IMG/VR virus record: IMGVR_UViG_3300005805_000386
Location: 1-27,073 of that record
Length of the DNA stretch: 27,073 bases
Source: a virus
Lineage: Duplodnaviria > Caudoviricetes
Reading direction: 5' to 3' (one strand)
A program made the translations under genes and the position numbers. The notes below the pieces were generated by a model. It searched no databases. It saw only the letters and a program-made list of their open reading frames with translations, and was not told the DNA's origin. Below, one piece after another: positions 19,094 to 26,278 of this stretch (its first letter is position 1; each line of letters starts with the position of its first letter).

Positions 19094-20317
19094 ATGAAAT
19101 TACCAATTCAAAAGGATTACAAGCACTATTCCTCATACCGTGATGCCTCATTAAGGTATGAAATAACTAGGGCGGTAGGCAATACGATTAAAACAGACGA
19201 GTATAACTTCCTAGGTCACGGATTCCAGCCTAAAAATTGTTTCCTTTCTTCTGAGTTAACTCGACTTGTAAACATGCAATCTAATTCGCCATACCTACTA
19301 GGTATCGAGCTTGAAGTAGAGGGCGTAACAGATCGCAATCGGTCGCGATTCTCTGCCATACTTCAAAAGTACCTAGCGAAGTCACACAAAGTAGTAAAGG
19401 ATGGTTCACTGTCGGATTCAGGGGCAGAGATAGTAACGATTCCTATGTCTAACATTGATCGGGTAAAATGGTATAACTTGCTTAAAGACCTAAGATCAAT
19501 CGGTATCACTAGCCATAATAACAATCGTTGCGGCTTACATGTTCATATCAGTCGAGCATATTTGCCTGATACTAAATGGAAGATGCTTCAGCACTTTATT
19601 TTTTTGAATCAGGTCAAATTCAAGAAATTGTCACGGCGCGATTTATTCAGCTACTGCCAATTTTACGACGCGGGCAAATATACTGCCTTGAATCTTACTA
19701 AAGATTCGACGCGGGAGTTTCGATTCTTTAGAGGCACGCTAAATGCGCGATCTTTCCTAGCAAGTGTCGATATTTGCCGATCATTGGTGGAGTATACCCA
19801 TAACACCGATCAATTAAGCTGGCTTAATTGGTGTGAGTACCTAAAAGGTACTTATCCGCTAGCATATACTTACTTGCAAGGTAAACTCGACGATTCGATT
19901 AGGGAAGTTGAAGTAGTAACAACTACTCCTGTAGTACCTAGACGAGCGAGGCGCGCCAGAAGATCATTAGCAGAGAGGCGGTATCAACTACTTGGGCGAT
20001 ATAATGCGCAGAGGGGTTTTAGGCGCTTGCGATACTTAAACTCTCGACTTGAATTAATTCATTCCGATCATGAGATGCGATCTGGAAGATTCGAGGCGGT
20101 TAGAGTCGATCTGTCTAGCTTGCCCATGAGCATCAAGCGGGAGCATGTAAGATTGTTTGGGATTACTTGCTATGTATGGGTACCTGATAACTTCACTGTA
20201 GCAAGTGATGCTAGTGTCTGGATTAATTACTATTCTGCCGGATGGGGTAATCCTAGCAGAATATATATTCATTCACCTAGAATTGAAGCGAATAATGACT
20301 TAAGTAATCAAGGGTAA
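19094..20317 (+). CDS. Putative amidoligase (COOH-NH2 ligase, Amidoligase_2-like) with Arg-rich C-terminal extension
   Basis: Motifs GIELEVE, DGSL, GAEIVT, CGLHVH, KY.ALN and EFR.FRGT in the expected order. GAGGAG RBS. Confidence 0.88.
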   Translation: MKLPIQKDYKHYSSYRDASLRYEITRAVGNTIKTDEYNFLGHGFQPKNCFLSSELTRLVNMQSNSPYLLGIELEVEGVTDRNRSRFSAILQKYLAKSHKVVKDGSLSDSGAEIVTIPMSNIDRVKWYNLLKDLRSIGITSHNNNRCGLHVHISRAYLPDTKWKMLQHFIFLNQVKFKKLSRRDLFSYCQFYDAGKYTALNLTKDSTREFRFFRGTLNARSFLASVDICRSLVEYTHNTDQLSWLNWCEYLKGTYPLAYTYLQGKLDDSIREVEVVTTTPVVPRRARRARRSLAERRYQLLGRYNAQRGFRRLRYLNSRLELIHSDHEMRSGRFEAVRVDLSSLPMSIKREHVRLFGITCYVWVPDNFTVASDASVWINYYSAGWGNPSRIYIHSPRIEANNDLSNQG

Positions 20318-20322
20318 AATAT

Positions 20323-20910
20323 ATGTGCATAATATTAATTGGGAATAGACAATCAATCGAGGCTCAAGATCTACCGCGCTTATGGGTCAATAATCCCCAT
20401 GGGGCGGGAGTAGCGTATACTTTCAAGCGGAAAGTAGTAGCCATTAAGGGATTAATGAGTTTGAAATCGTTAGAGTTTGCACTATCTAAGATTGACAAGA
20501 ATCAGCAGATAGCCGTTCATTTAAGATTGGCTACTCATGGGAGTATCAATAGGCAAAACACGCATCCCCATAGGTGTGGTAATACCGTGCTTATGCATAA
20601 CGGCGTATTGTCCAATTTTGGCGAATCCGGTACAGGGAAGAATAGCCGATCGGATTCAGCAGACTTGGCAGATACGATTAAAGACCTACCGTTAGGAAGT
20701 AAACTCAAGGTATTATCGAGCTTGCACGGTAAATTCTGCCTAGTAACTAGTCAAGGAATTGAAGTAATAAACCCTGAATCTTGGATTGAGTATCAGGGTG
20801 TATTGGCAAGTAACAGTCAGATCAAGCCGGTTATAGAAGTCAAATACAATCGCAAGGATTATATCTGGCAAAACGAGATAATGGATTGGAAGTTGCCTGA
20901 TAATGACTAG
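20323..20910 (+). CDS. Class II (Ntn) glutamine amidotransferase
   Basis: N-terminal Met-Cys nucleophile plus NPHGAG, H.R.ATHG, N.HP, MHNG and DS motifs. Confidence 0.9.
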   Translation: MCIILIGNRQSIEAQDLPRLWVNNPHGAGVAYTFKRKVVAIKGLMSLKSLEFALSKIDKNQQIAVHLRLATHGSINRQNTHPHRCGNTVLMHNGVLSNFGESGTGKNSRSDSADLADTIKDLPLGSKLKVLSSLHGKFCLVTSQGIEVINPESWIEYQGVLASNSQIKPVIEVKYNRKDYIWQNEIMDWKLPDND

Positions 20911-20937
20911 CTAAAACATACCTATTGTGCTATTCTT

Positions 20938-20964
20938 TAGGGGTCTTAAGACCCCTATTTTTTT
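20938..20964 (+). terminator. Intrinsic terminator closing the amidoligase-GATase operon
   Basis: Perfect palindrome TAGGGGTCTTAAGACCCCTA followed by T7. Confidence 0.8.
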
Positions 20965-21131
20965 ATTTATTGACCTATGAAATTAAACCGCCATAATCGC
21001 CCTATACCGCAAGATCGAGGTACCCTATACCTACCCCTAGACCTACACTGAATCGTCTCATATTGACTCATTAAAGCCGTTTTACCCGTATTTTATACGG
21101 ATACGCCAATTTTATACCGCAGAATGAGCCT

Positions 21132-21155
21132 ACTAGAATGAACGTTCATTCTAGT
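21132..21155. repeat. 24-bp perfect palindrome
   Basis: ACTAGAATGAACGTTCATTCTAGT is its own reverse complement. Confidence 0.9.
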
Positions 21156-21335
21156 CAAAATCTGCAAAAACCGATTTTTTGCCCAATTTTTTTAAAAGTG
21201 CATTAATCAGATTTTTTTTTCATTGGAAATTTTTTGGCTGCTGGATTTTACTACTTTGTAATCCCCAGAGGGAAAATAATAATCCCTGCATAAAATAAAA
21301 CACCGATATTTTACTGCAAAAAGCTAAAATTGTTA

Positions 21336-21364
21336 TTGACCATGTGATATACATGTTATATATA
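21336..21364 (+). promoter_or_regulatory. Candidate sigma70-like promoter of the recombination/replication operon with tandem operator boxes
   Basis: TTGACC-N17-TATATA. GTGATATA-cat-GTTATATA (21344-21362) overlaps the spacer and -10. Confidence 0.55.
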
Positions 21365-21435
21365 CAATCATACCAACTAGAGGGGGGGGTATAAAATATT
21401 TCCCCCACCAAACTTTTATTTACTGAAGGGAACAA

Positions 21436-21927
21436 ATGAAACTATACGAGCTATCAACTAGTATCTTACAACTAGAAACGGTCTTAGAAGAGCAACTAGA
21501 CGCTCCTGAAGAGTTAAGGGGGGAAGCTCTAAAATTCCTGGACGAGCTAAAACTTTCCAAGACAGAGAAGGTAGAGAACTGCGTATCGCTACTAAAGAAC
21601 TGGGAAGCCCTGGAAGTAGCTATCAAAGCAGAAGAGACTGCCCTAAAAGCTAGAAGAGAGAGCCTGGAAAGAAGAGCTGAGTGGCTTAAGAATTACTTAT
21701 CATTCTGCCTGCAACCTGGAGAGAAGTTTGAGACTGCAAGGTGCAAGGTAAGCTGGAGAAAGAGCGAATCTGTTCAGATTTTAGACGAAAGTAAAGTGCC
21801 TCTCGAGTACACCGAAGAGGTGGTTACAAGAAAGGTAAACAAAGCTCTTATTAAGGATGCCATAAAAAACGGTGCCGACATACCAGGAGCCGAGCTAATT
21901 AAGAAGAACAATTTAGTAATCAAGTAG
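21436..21927 (+). CDS. Siphovirus Gp157-family protein
   Basis: MKLYEL N-terminus, coiled coil, WRKS..V.I.DE..VP.EY motif and K..IK.A.K.G..IPGAEL C-terminus. Confidence 0.9.
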   Translation: MKLYELSTSILQLETVLEEQLDAPEELRGEALKFLDELKLSKTEKVENCVSLLKNWEALEVAIKAEETALKARRESLERRAEWLKNYLSFCLQPGEKFETARCKVSWRKSESVQILDESKVPLEYTEEVVTRKVNKALIKDAIKNGADIPGAELIKKNNLVIK

Positions 21928-21935
21928 GAGATAAC

Positions 21936-22535
21936 ATGGATATAAGAAAGTTAAAAAAAGAGGATGTATTTAATTCTTTAGTAAACAATCGTAACGAAAA
22001 GGAATTTGTTTGCGATGTAATTAAATTTTGCATCCAAATATTTCAGCGTCATGTAGGTAAGTCCATTACCAAGATTCATATAAGCGCAGTGGAGAGTTTT
22101 TTAGAAGATAAATATCCAAACATACGCTGCCAGAGAAGTACTACCAACGATAAATACATGAAAGTGTATCGCGATTGGAAGAAGCACGACCCACATTATG
22201 TAAGGATTGAGCTACAAGACCCTGTTCAAAAGATGTTCACACCAGAAATCTTTGAGGATATGAAACAAGATTTAATATGCTTTGAGTCAGCGCTTAAAGA
22301 GCAAATAGTTAAGATAGAGCATTTCGAGGAGCTGTATAACTTAGCAATTTCTCATTACGACAGACGACAGGAGCTTGAGCATGACTTTTTAGAAGAAAAG
22401 AAAAGAATATCGGAGCGATTAAATGTTGATACGTCACTAAATTTTCACTTTGAGGAGGCAGAACTAAAACAAAAGCAAGAAAGGCAAGAGGCATATTTTA
22501 ATGACTTAGTTAAGAATAAGGTGAAGGATGAATAA
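21936..22535 (+). CDS. Hypothetical protein (199 aa)
   Basis: AGGAG RBS and operon packing. No motif recognised. Confidence 0.7.
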   Translation: MDIRKLKKEDVFNSLVNNRNEKEFVCDVIKFCIQIFQRHVGKSITKIHISAVESFLEDKYPNIRCQRSTTNDKYMKVYRDWKKHDPHYVRIELQDPVQKMFTPEIFEDMKQDLICFESALKEQIVKIEHFEELYNLAISHYDRRQELEHDFLEEKKRISERLNVDTSLNFHFEEAELKQKQERQEAYFNDLVKNKVKDE

Positions 22536-22693
22536 TGAAAGTTGATTGGACTTTGAAAGAAGAAAGAAGGTTAAAACGAAAATTAAGAATGTTAATATGG
22601 AAATTAAAAACAAGACTATGGATAAGTCGAACGTATTGGAACTTAAGAAGGAAATTAAGATGGGCAAGGCAAAGAATCAGTATAAGTGGATAA
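22535..22693 (+). CDS. Candidate 52-aa Arg/Lys/Trp-rich peptide missed by the ORF track
   Basis: TAATG coupling to the upstream stop with AAGGA upstream. Translates as MKVDWTLKEERRLKRKLRMLIWKLKTRLWISRTYWNLRRKLRWARQRISISG. Confidence 0.5.
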   Translation: MKVDWTLKEERRLKRKLRMLIWKLKTRLWISRTYWNLRRKLRWARQRISISG

Positions 22694-22869
22694 TTACCGA
22701 CAGCACAGAGGAGATCATGTGGGTTGGTGATGGAGTCGACATGCTGGATGCCATCTGCAATTACTTCAAGGAGAAGAATAAAAACAAGAATGAAGATGAA
22801 GATTTTATAACTGCCTGGGAGAAACTACTTCTAGGTGGCTGTAATATAAAACGTATGAAACTTAACTAA
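22660..22869 (+). CDS. Hypothetical protein (probably 69 aa from ATG 22660 rather than TTG 22546)
   Basis: In-frame ATG preceded by AAGGA. The track's TTG start has no well-spaced RBS. Confidence 0.55.
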   Translation: MGKAKNQYKWIITDSTEEIMWVGDGVDMLDAICNYFKEKNKNKNEDEDFITAWEKLLLGGCNIKRMKLN

Positions 22870-22881
22870 ACAAAGGGGAAT

Positions 22882-23772
22882 ATGGAAAATAAACAAATAC
22901 AAACAGTTCAGCGATTCGGACTGGAGAAATACTCAGAAAACGTAGAGGGCAAGCTCAAGTTTTGTCAGCAACTAATTCAGTCAGGATTGTTGCCGAAGCA
23001 CTATAATCGAGCGCAAGCTGTATTGACTGCTATACTCATGGGTCAGGAACTGGGGTTCTCTCCCATGGCAGCCTTGAGGGTTGTAGTAGTTATAAACGGT
23101 GTGCCGACCTTATCTGCTGCTGGCATGAAAGCTAAAGCTATTAAGGCTGGTGGTCAGTTTAAGACGGTAGAGTGGACGGATGAGGTGTGTACTATCAAGG
23201 TCACTCGTCAAGGATGGAGTGAGTCCGAGGTGGTCACCTATTCGATTGACGATGCAAAACTTCAGGGGTTGACCAATAAAGACAACTGGAAGCGTATGCC
23301 GAAACAGATGCTTTACGCCAGAGCTGTCACCATGGGAATCCGTAACGTATTTGCTGATGTGGTAGAGGGCGTTTACGGTACTGAAGAGATGCTTGATAGC
23401 TGCAATATCGACTTTAAGATGGATGAGGAAGGAAGCGTTGTAGAGATAGCTCAAAACATTTCTACTCCGCCGGCGATAGAGGAGAGCTTCGTAGAAGAAG
23501 CACCAGTAAGCGAGCCTACAGGCAAAACTCTTACCTATAAGATTGGACCATGGGTAAATGGCTTTGATGTATTTAAAGCCAAGTTAAAGATGGTCGGTGG
23601 CAAATTTAATCCAGAAACTAAGTTGTGGGAGAGCTCACAGCCAGTAGAAGGATTTGATGCGTACCTGGCAGATGGAGCAGCTCCGAAGAAGGAAAAGGCA
23701 GTCAAGAAAGCTAAGGTGGTGGAACAAGCTGAACTACCGCCAGCTATCGAAGATGATGAGATTCCTTTCTAA
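22882..23772 (+). CDS. RecT/Redbeta-like single-strand annealing protein with SSB-like acidic tail
   Basis: G.ELG..PM.AL....VING.P.L and W...PKQML.ARA motifs. Ends in DDEIPF. Confidence 0.8.
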   Translation: MENKQIQTVQRFGLEKYSENVEGKLKFCQQLIQSGLLPKHYNRAQAVLTAILMGQELGFSPMAALRVVVVINGVPTLSAAGMKAKAIKAGGQFKTVEWTDEVCTIKVTRQGWSESEVVTYSIDDAKLQGLTNKDNWKRMPKQMLYARAVTMGIRNVFADVVEGVYGTEEMLDSCNIDFKMDEEGSVVEIAQNISTPPAIEESFVEEAPVSEPTGKTLTYKIGPWVNGFDVFKAKLKMVGGKFNPETKLWESSQPVEGFDAYLADGAAPKKEKAVKKAKVVEQAELPPAIEDDEIPF

Positions 23773-23779
23773 TAAAAAC

Positions 23780-23805
23780 GGCGGTGGGATTTTACTCCTA
23801 CCGCC
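23780..23805 (+). terminator. GC-rich hairpin after the recT-like gene
   Basis: GGCGGTGGGA-TTTTAC-TCCTACCGCC forms 10 bp with one G-U. There is no immediate U tract on + but an A tract upstream, so terminator function is uncertain. Confidence 0.45.
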
Positions 23806-23873
23806 CGCCAACTTAACTTTATAACTGAGGGTGACCAGTTATATCTCCCCTCAGTATATCAGAGAGAAATAAA

Positions 23874-24044
23874 ATGACAAATTGGGAAAAAGTAGAGCAG
23901 CAAGTAAATAATATAAGTCAATTAAAATATGAATTGGAAAGGCTGAGATATGGGCAAAAACCAGTAGTAAAAAATCCTGTTCCATTCATACTGTACTCAC
24001 GTCCTTGGGAATCAATCGTTAAAAAAGCAAAAAAGGAGAATTAA
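23874..24044 (+). CDS. Small protein missed by the ORF track (56 aa, MTNWEKVEQQ...KAKKEN)
   Basis: Translated by hand. Its stop lies 1 nt before the VapE ATG, and it has a purine-rich leader. Confidence 0.6.
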   Translation: MTNWEKVEQQVNNISQLKYELERLRYGQKPVVKNPVPFILYSRPWESIVKKAKKEN

Positions 24045-24045
24045 T

Positions 24046-25224
24046 ATGCCTCGTAAAGAGAAAACATACGCTACTGTGGATGACCACATGAAGCTAATAG
24101 AAGAGGTGTTGGGAACGGTCAGAAGGGATGTATTTAGTGGAGACCTTTGCTACTTCGATACCATGGCTAAGAGGTGGATTTCCGTTTTAGACGACGTAGC
24201 ACTGGGAACAGTTAAAACAATCGCTGTGCAAAAGGCTGAACAGGATTGGATTTACAAACCAACAATACTCGAGAACGTAGTCCATTACATGACCAAAGAT
24301 AAGACCAAGGAGCTACTTGTGGAGATTCCTGGGTATGACGGAGAAGACCGTATAGGAGCCATAGCCAATGCTATGAAGCCTAAAAACATCTCCAAACAGG
24401 CAGTTGAGCAAATACTAAAACAGTGGTGCGGTAGGGTAATGACGAGGATATATGAGCCTCAGATACAGAACCATATATTAGTATTAAGCGGTGGACAGGG
24501 TATTGGTAAGGATCACCTGTGCAAGACGCTGTGTGGAGGATTGGGGCAGTTCTTTGTACCATTCCTTATACAGCAACAGGAAAGAGATACGTATCAGCAG
24601 TTAATAAGCGGGTTAGTATGCTGGATTAGCGAGTACGACAGGACTAACAAGACTGAAGTGGCTACGCTGAAGAACATGATCACCGCAGATAGGGCGTACT
24701 TCAGATCAGCCTACGGGAGAAAACCGAATTACTATACAGTCCGAGCCTCCTTCATATCCACGACTAACGTCGACGGGATACTAAGGGATTGGACGGGTAA
24801 TAGACGGTATCACATCATAGAGCTGGAGGGCATTGATTGGAATTATCCACAGGGTAAGGAACATGAGATGCAGATACTAGCTCAAATGAAACAACTGCAT
24901 AGGGATGGCTATACGGCCTCAGACGGGGCTTTAGCTGAGATGGCTGAGTACATAGAAGGCCAGACCCCAGAAAACCCTGAGAACATCCTCGTAGACGATT
25001 ATAGGAACATATTTAACGATAAGTATCCTCTTGATGATGGTATGAAAGCCAGCGAGATGGATGACCTATGGGTTAAGATGAATCGTATACACGGACTCAA
25101 CATTAACTACATGAGAAGCGTAGTGAAAAGGAAAGGGTTCGCCAAGAGAGTTAAGGACGGAATCAGGTACTATAAAAACCTTGTTGCGGTACCAGAAGAG
25201 TACCAAATTGAGGACGATTTTTAG
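24046..25224 (+). CDS. VapE (virulence-associated E)-family P-loop ATPase, probable replicative helicase
   Basis: LVLSGGQGIGKD Walker A, ISE Walker B, LK..IT....FR.AYGR, TTN and L.D.TGNRR motifs. AAGGAG RBS. Confidence 0.88.
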   Translation: MPRKEKTYATVDDHMKLIEEVLGTVRRDVFSGDLCYFDTMAKRWISVLDDVALGTVKTIAVQKAEQDWIYKPTILENVVHYMTKDKTKELLVEIPGYDGEDRIGAIANAMKPKNISKQAVEQILKQWCGRVMTRIYEPQIQNHILVLSGGQGIGKDHLCKTLCGGLGQFFVPFLIQQQERDTYQQLISGLVCWISEYDRTNKTEVATLKNMITADRAYFRSAYGRKPNYYTVRASFISTTNVDGILRDWTGNRRYHIIELEGIDWNYPQGKEHEMQILAQMKQLHRDGYTASDGALAEMAEYIEGQTPENPENILVDDYRNIFNDKYPLDDGMKASEMDDLWVKMNRIHGLNINYMRSVVKRKGFAKRVKDGIRYYKNLVAVPEEYQIEDDF

Positions 25225-25226
25225 AG

Positions 25227-25462
25227 TGGTGTAGGGTGACCTTACACCAACCCTACATTGGTGTAGGGTCTAGGGTGGGGAGATGTTACATCGGTGTACC
25301 CCCACCCTACACCAGGAAAGATGAATAATATAGTAGAGTTAAGTAGGTTTTATAAGAGATGTTACATCTTTTTAAAACATTTAAAAAATGTACTAGATAG
25401 AATATATGAGAGTTGAAGGTACAATTTAGAAATGTTGCAAAACACCTTACACCCTTACACCA
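25227..25462. repeat. Iteron-like direct/inverted repeat cluster, probable replication origin
   Basis: TGGTGTAGGGT at 25227 and 25259, inverse CC(C/T)TACA(CC) copies near 25239, 25250, 25304, 25444 and 25453, GAGATGTTACATC at 25280 and 25356, and an AT-rich core. Confidence 0.7.
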
Positions 25463-25468
25463 AGCGTT

Positions 25469-25831
25469 ATGGATGATATAGAGGACTTAAAAATGAATAT
25501 AAAGACTTTGAGCGTTTCAGAAGACATGGGTTCTTTTCATAAAAACAAGCCAGAAGCCATGCTTGCTTTAGCCGTAATTCAACGTGCCATCAATGACGTC
25601 GTATACGAAGACGAAAAGATAAAGCCCGATAATAAACTTAAGGACGAGGCTATGAGGTGGCTAGGGCTTACGGGAGATTGGTCTGCGCGAAACAAGAACA
25701 AGGAAGGCTCGTTCTCATGGTGGTGTAACCTTATAGGGCTATCCGAATCTTACATAATCAATTTTATAAAACAAATTATGATTAAAAAACCAAACAAAAA
25801 AACAAAAAGAAGGGTTGCAAATATTACATAG
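25469..25831 (+). CDS. Conserved-looking phage hypothetical protein (start may be ATG 25493)
   Basis: E..L..AVI.RA..D...A..W...F...C..IG pattern. GAGGA precedes ATG 25493. Confidence 0.65.
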   Translation: MDDIEDLKMNIKTLSVSEDMGSFHKNKPEAMLALAVIQRAINDVVYEDEKIKPDNKLKDEAMRWLGLTGDWSARNKNKEGSFSWWCNLIGLSESYIINFIKQIMIKKPNKKTKRRVANIT

Positions 25832-25863
25832 TATAGGTATATAAGCAATATACACGTTATATA
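25815..25863 (+). promoter_or_regulatory. Candidate promoter plus operator boxes upstream of the RHH gene
   Basis: TTGCAA-N17-TATATA, then GCAATATA-cac-GTTATATA (25845-25863) directly before the GGAGG RBS. Confidence 0.55.
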
Positions 25864-25871
25864 GGAGGTAT

Positions 25872-26060
25872 ATGCTTAAACCATCAAAATGTTTAACCAC
25901 AACAGTTAGAGTTCAGCGTAGAACAATTAAACTTGCTCAGAAGTTTTTACTTGAAGATGAAGTATCATTATCTCGCTTTCTTGAGCTTTCCCTAAGAAAG
26001 TACATAGAAAACAAAACAGGTAAAAAATTTAAGAAAATATTTACAGAGCAAGAAAATTAA
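25872..26060 (+). CDS. Ribbon-helix-helix (CopG/Arc-like) transcriptional regulator
   Basis: 62 aa with an alternating N-terminal strand (TTTVRV), a helix, then SLSRFLE..LRKYIE. Strong GGAGG RBS. Confidence 0.7.
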   Translation: MLKPSKCLTTTVRVQRRTIKLAQKFLLEDEVSLSRFLELSLRKYIENKTGKKFKKIFTEQEN

Positions 26061-26077
26061 AATTTTCAAGGAAGATT

Positions 26078-26278
26078 ATGCACTTTGTTTTATTTGAAGA
26101 AATAGTGAAATTTGCTCAAAAAACATTGGAATCAATGCTTTTGCATAAAGATATCAAATCGGAATATGACGAAATGAGTAAAGAACAGCTTTTTAGAAGA
26201 GCATTTTCGGTTGGCTATCTTGTCGGAATGGAACACGCATCAGGCTGTAAAAATTGTGAATCTCCAGTGGAGCATTAA
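26078..26278 (+). CDS. Hypothetical protein (66 aa)
   Basis: AAGGA RBS, C-terminal CxxC, and it abuts the next gene. Confidence 0.6.
   Translation: MHFVLFEEIVKFAQKTLESMLLHKDIKSEYDEMSKEQLFRRAFSVGYLVGMEHASGCKNCESPVEH

Noticed and set aside
21382-21389. G8 homopolymer as a phase-variation tract
   Set aside because: It lies in a leader, not in a promoter spacer or CDS, and can pair with the downstream C-run as a simple hairpin.
22546-22659. N-terminal 38 codons of the 107-aa ORF
   Set aside because: The TTG start lacks a well-spaced RBS. ATG 22660 and the overlapping coupled 52-aa ORF explain the region better.
25227-25462. Possible CRISPR mini-array
   Set aside because: Repeats are 8-13 bp, in mixed orientation and irregularly spaced, with no constant repeat-spacer period.
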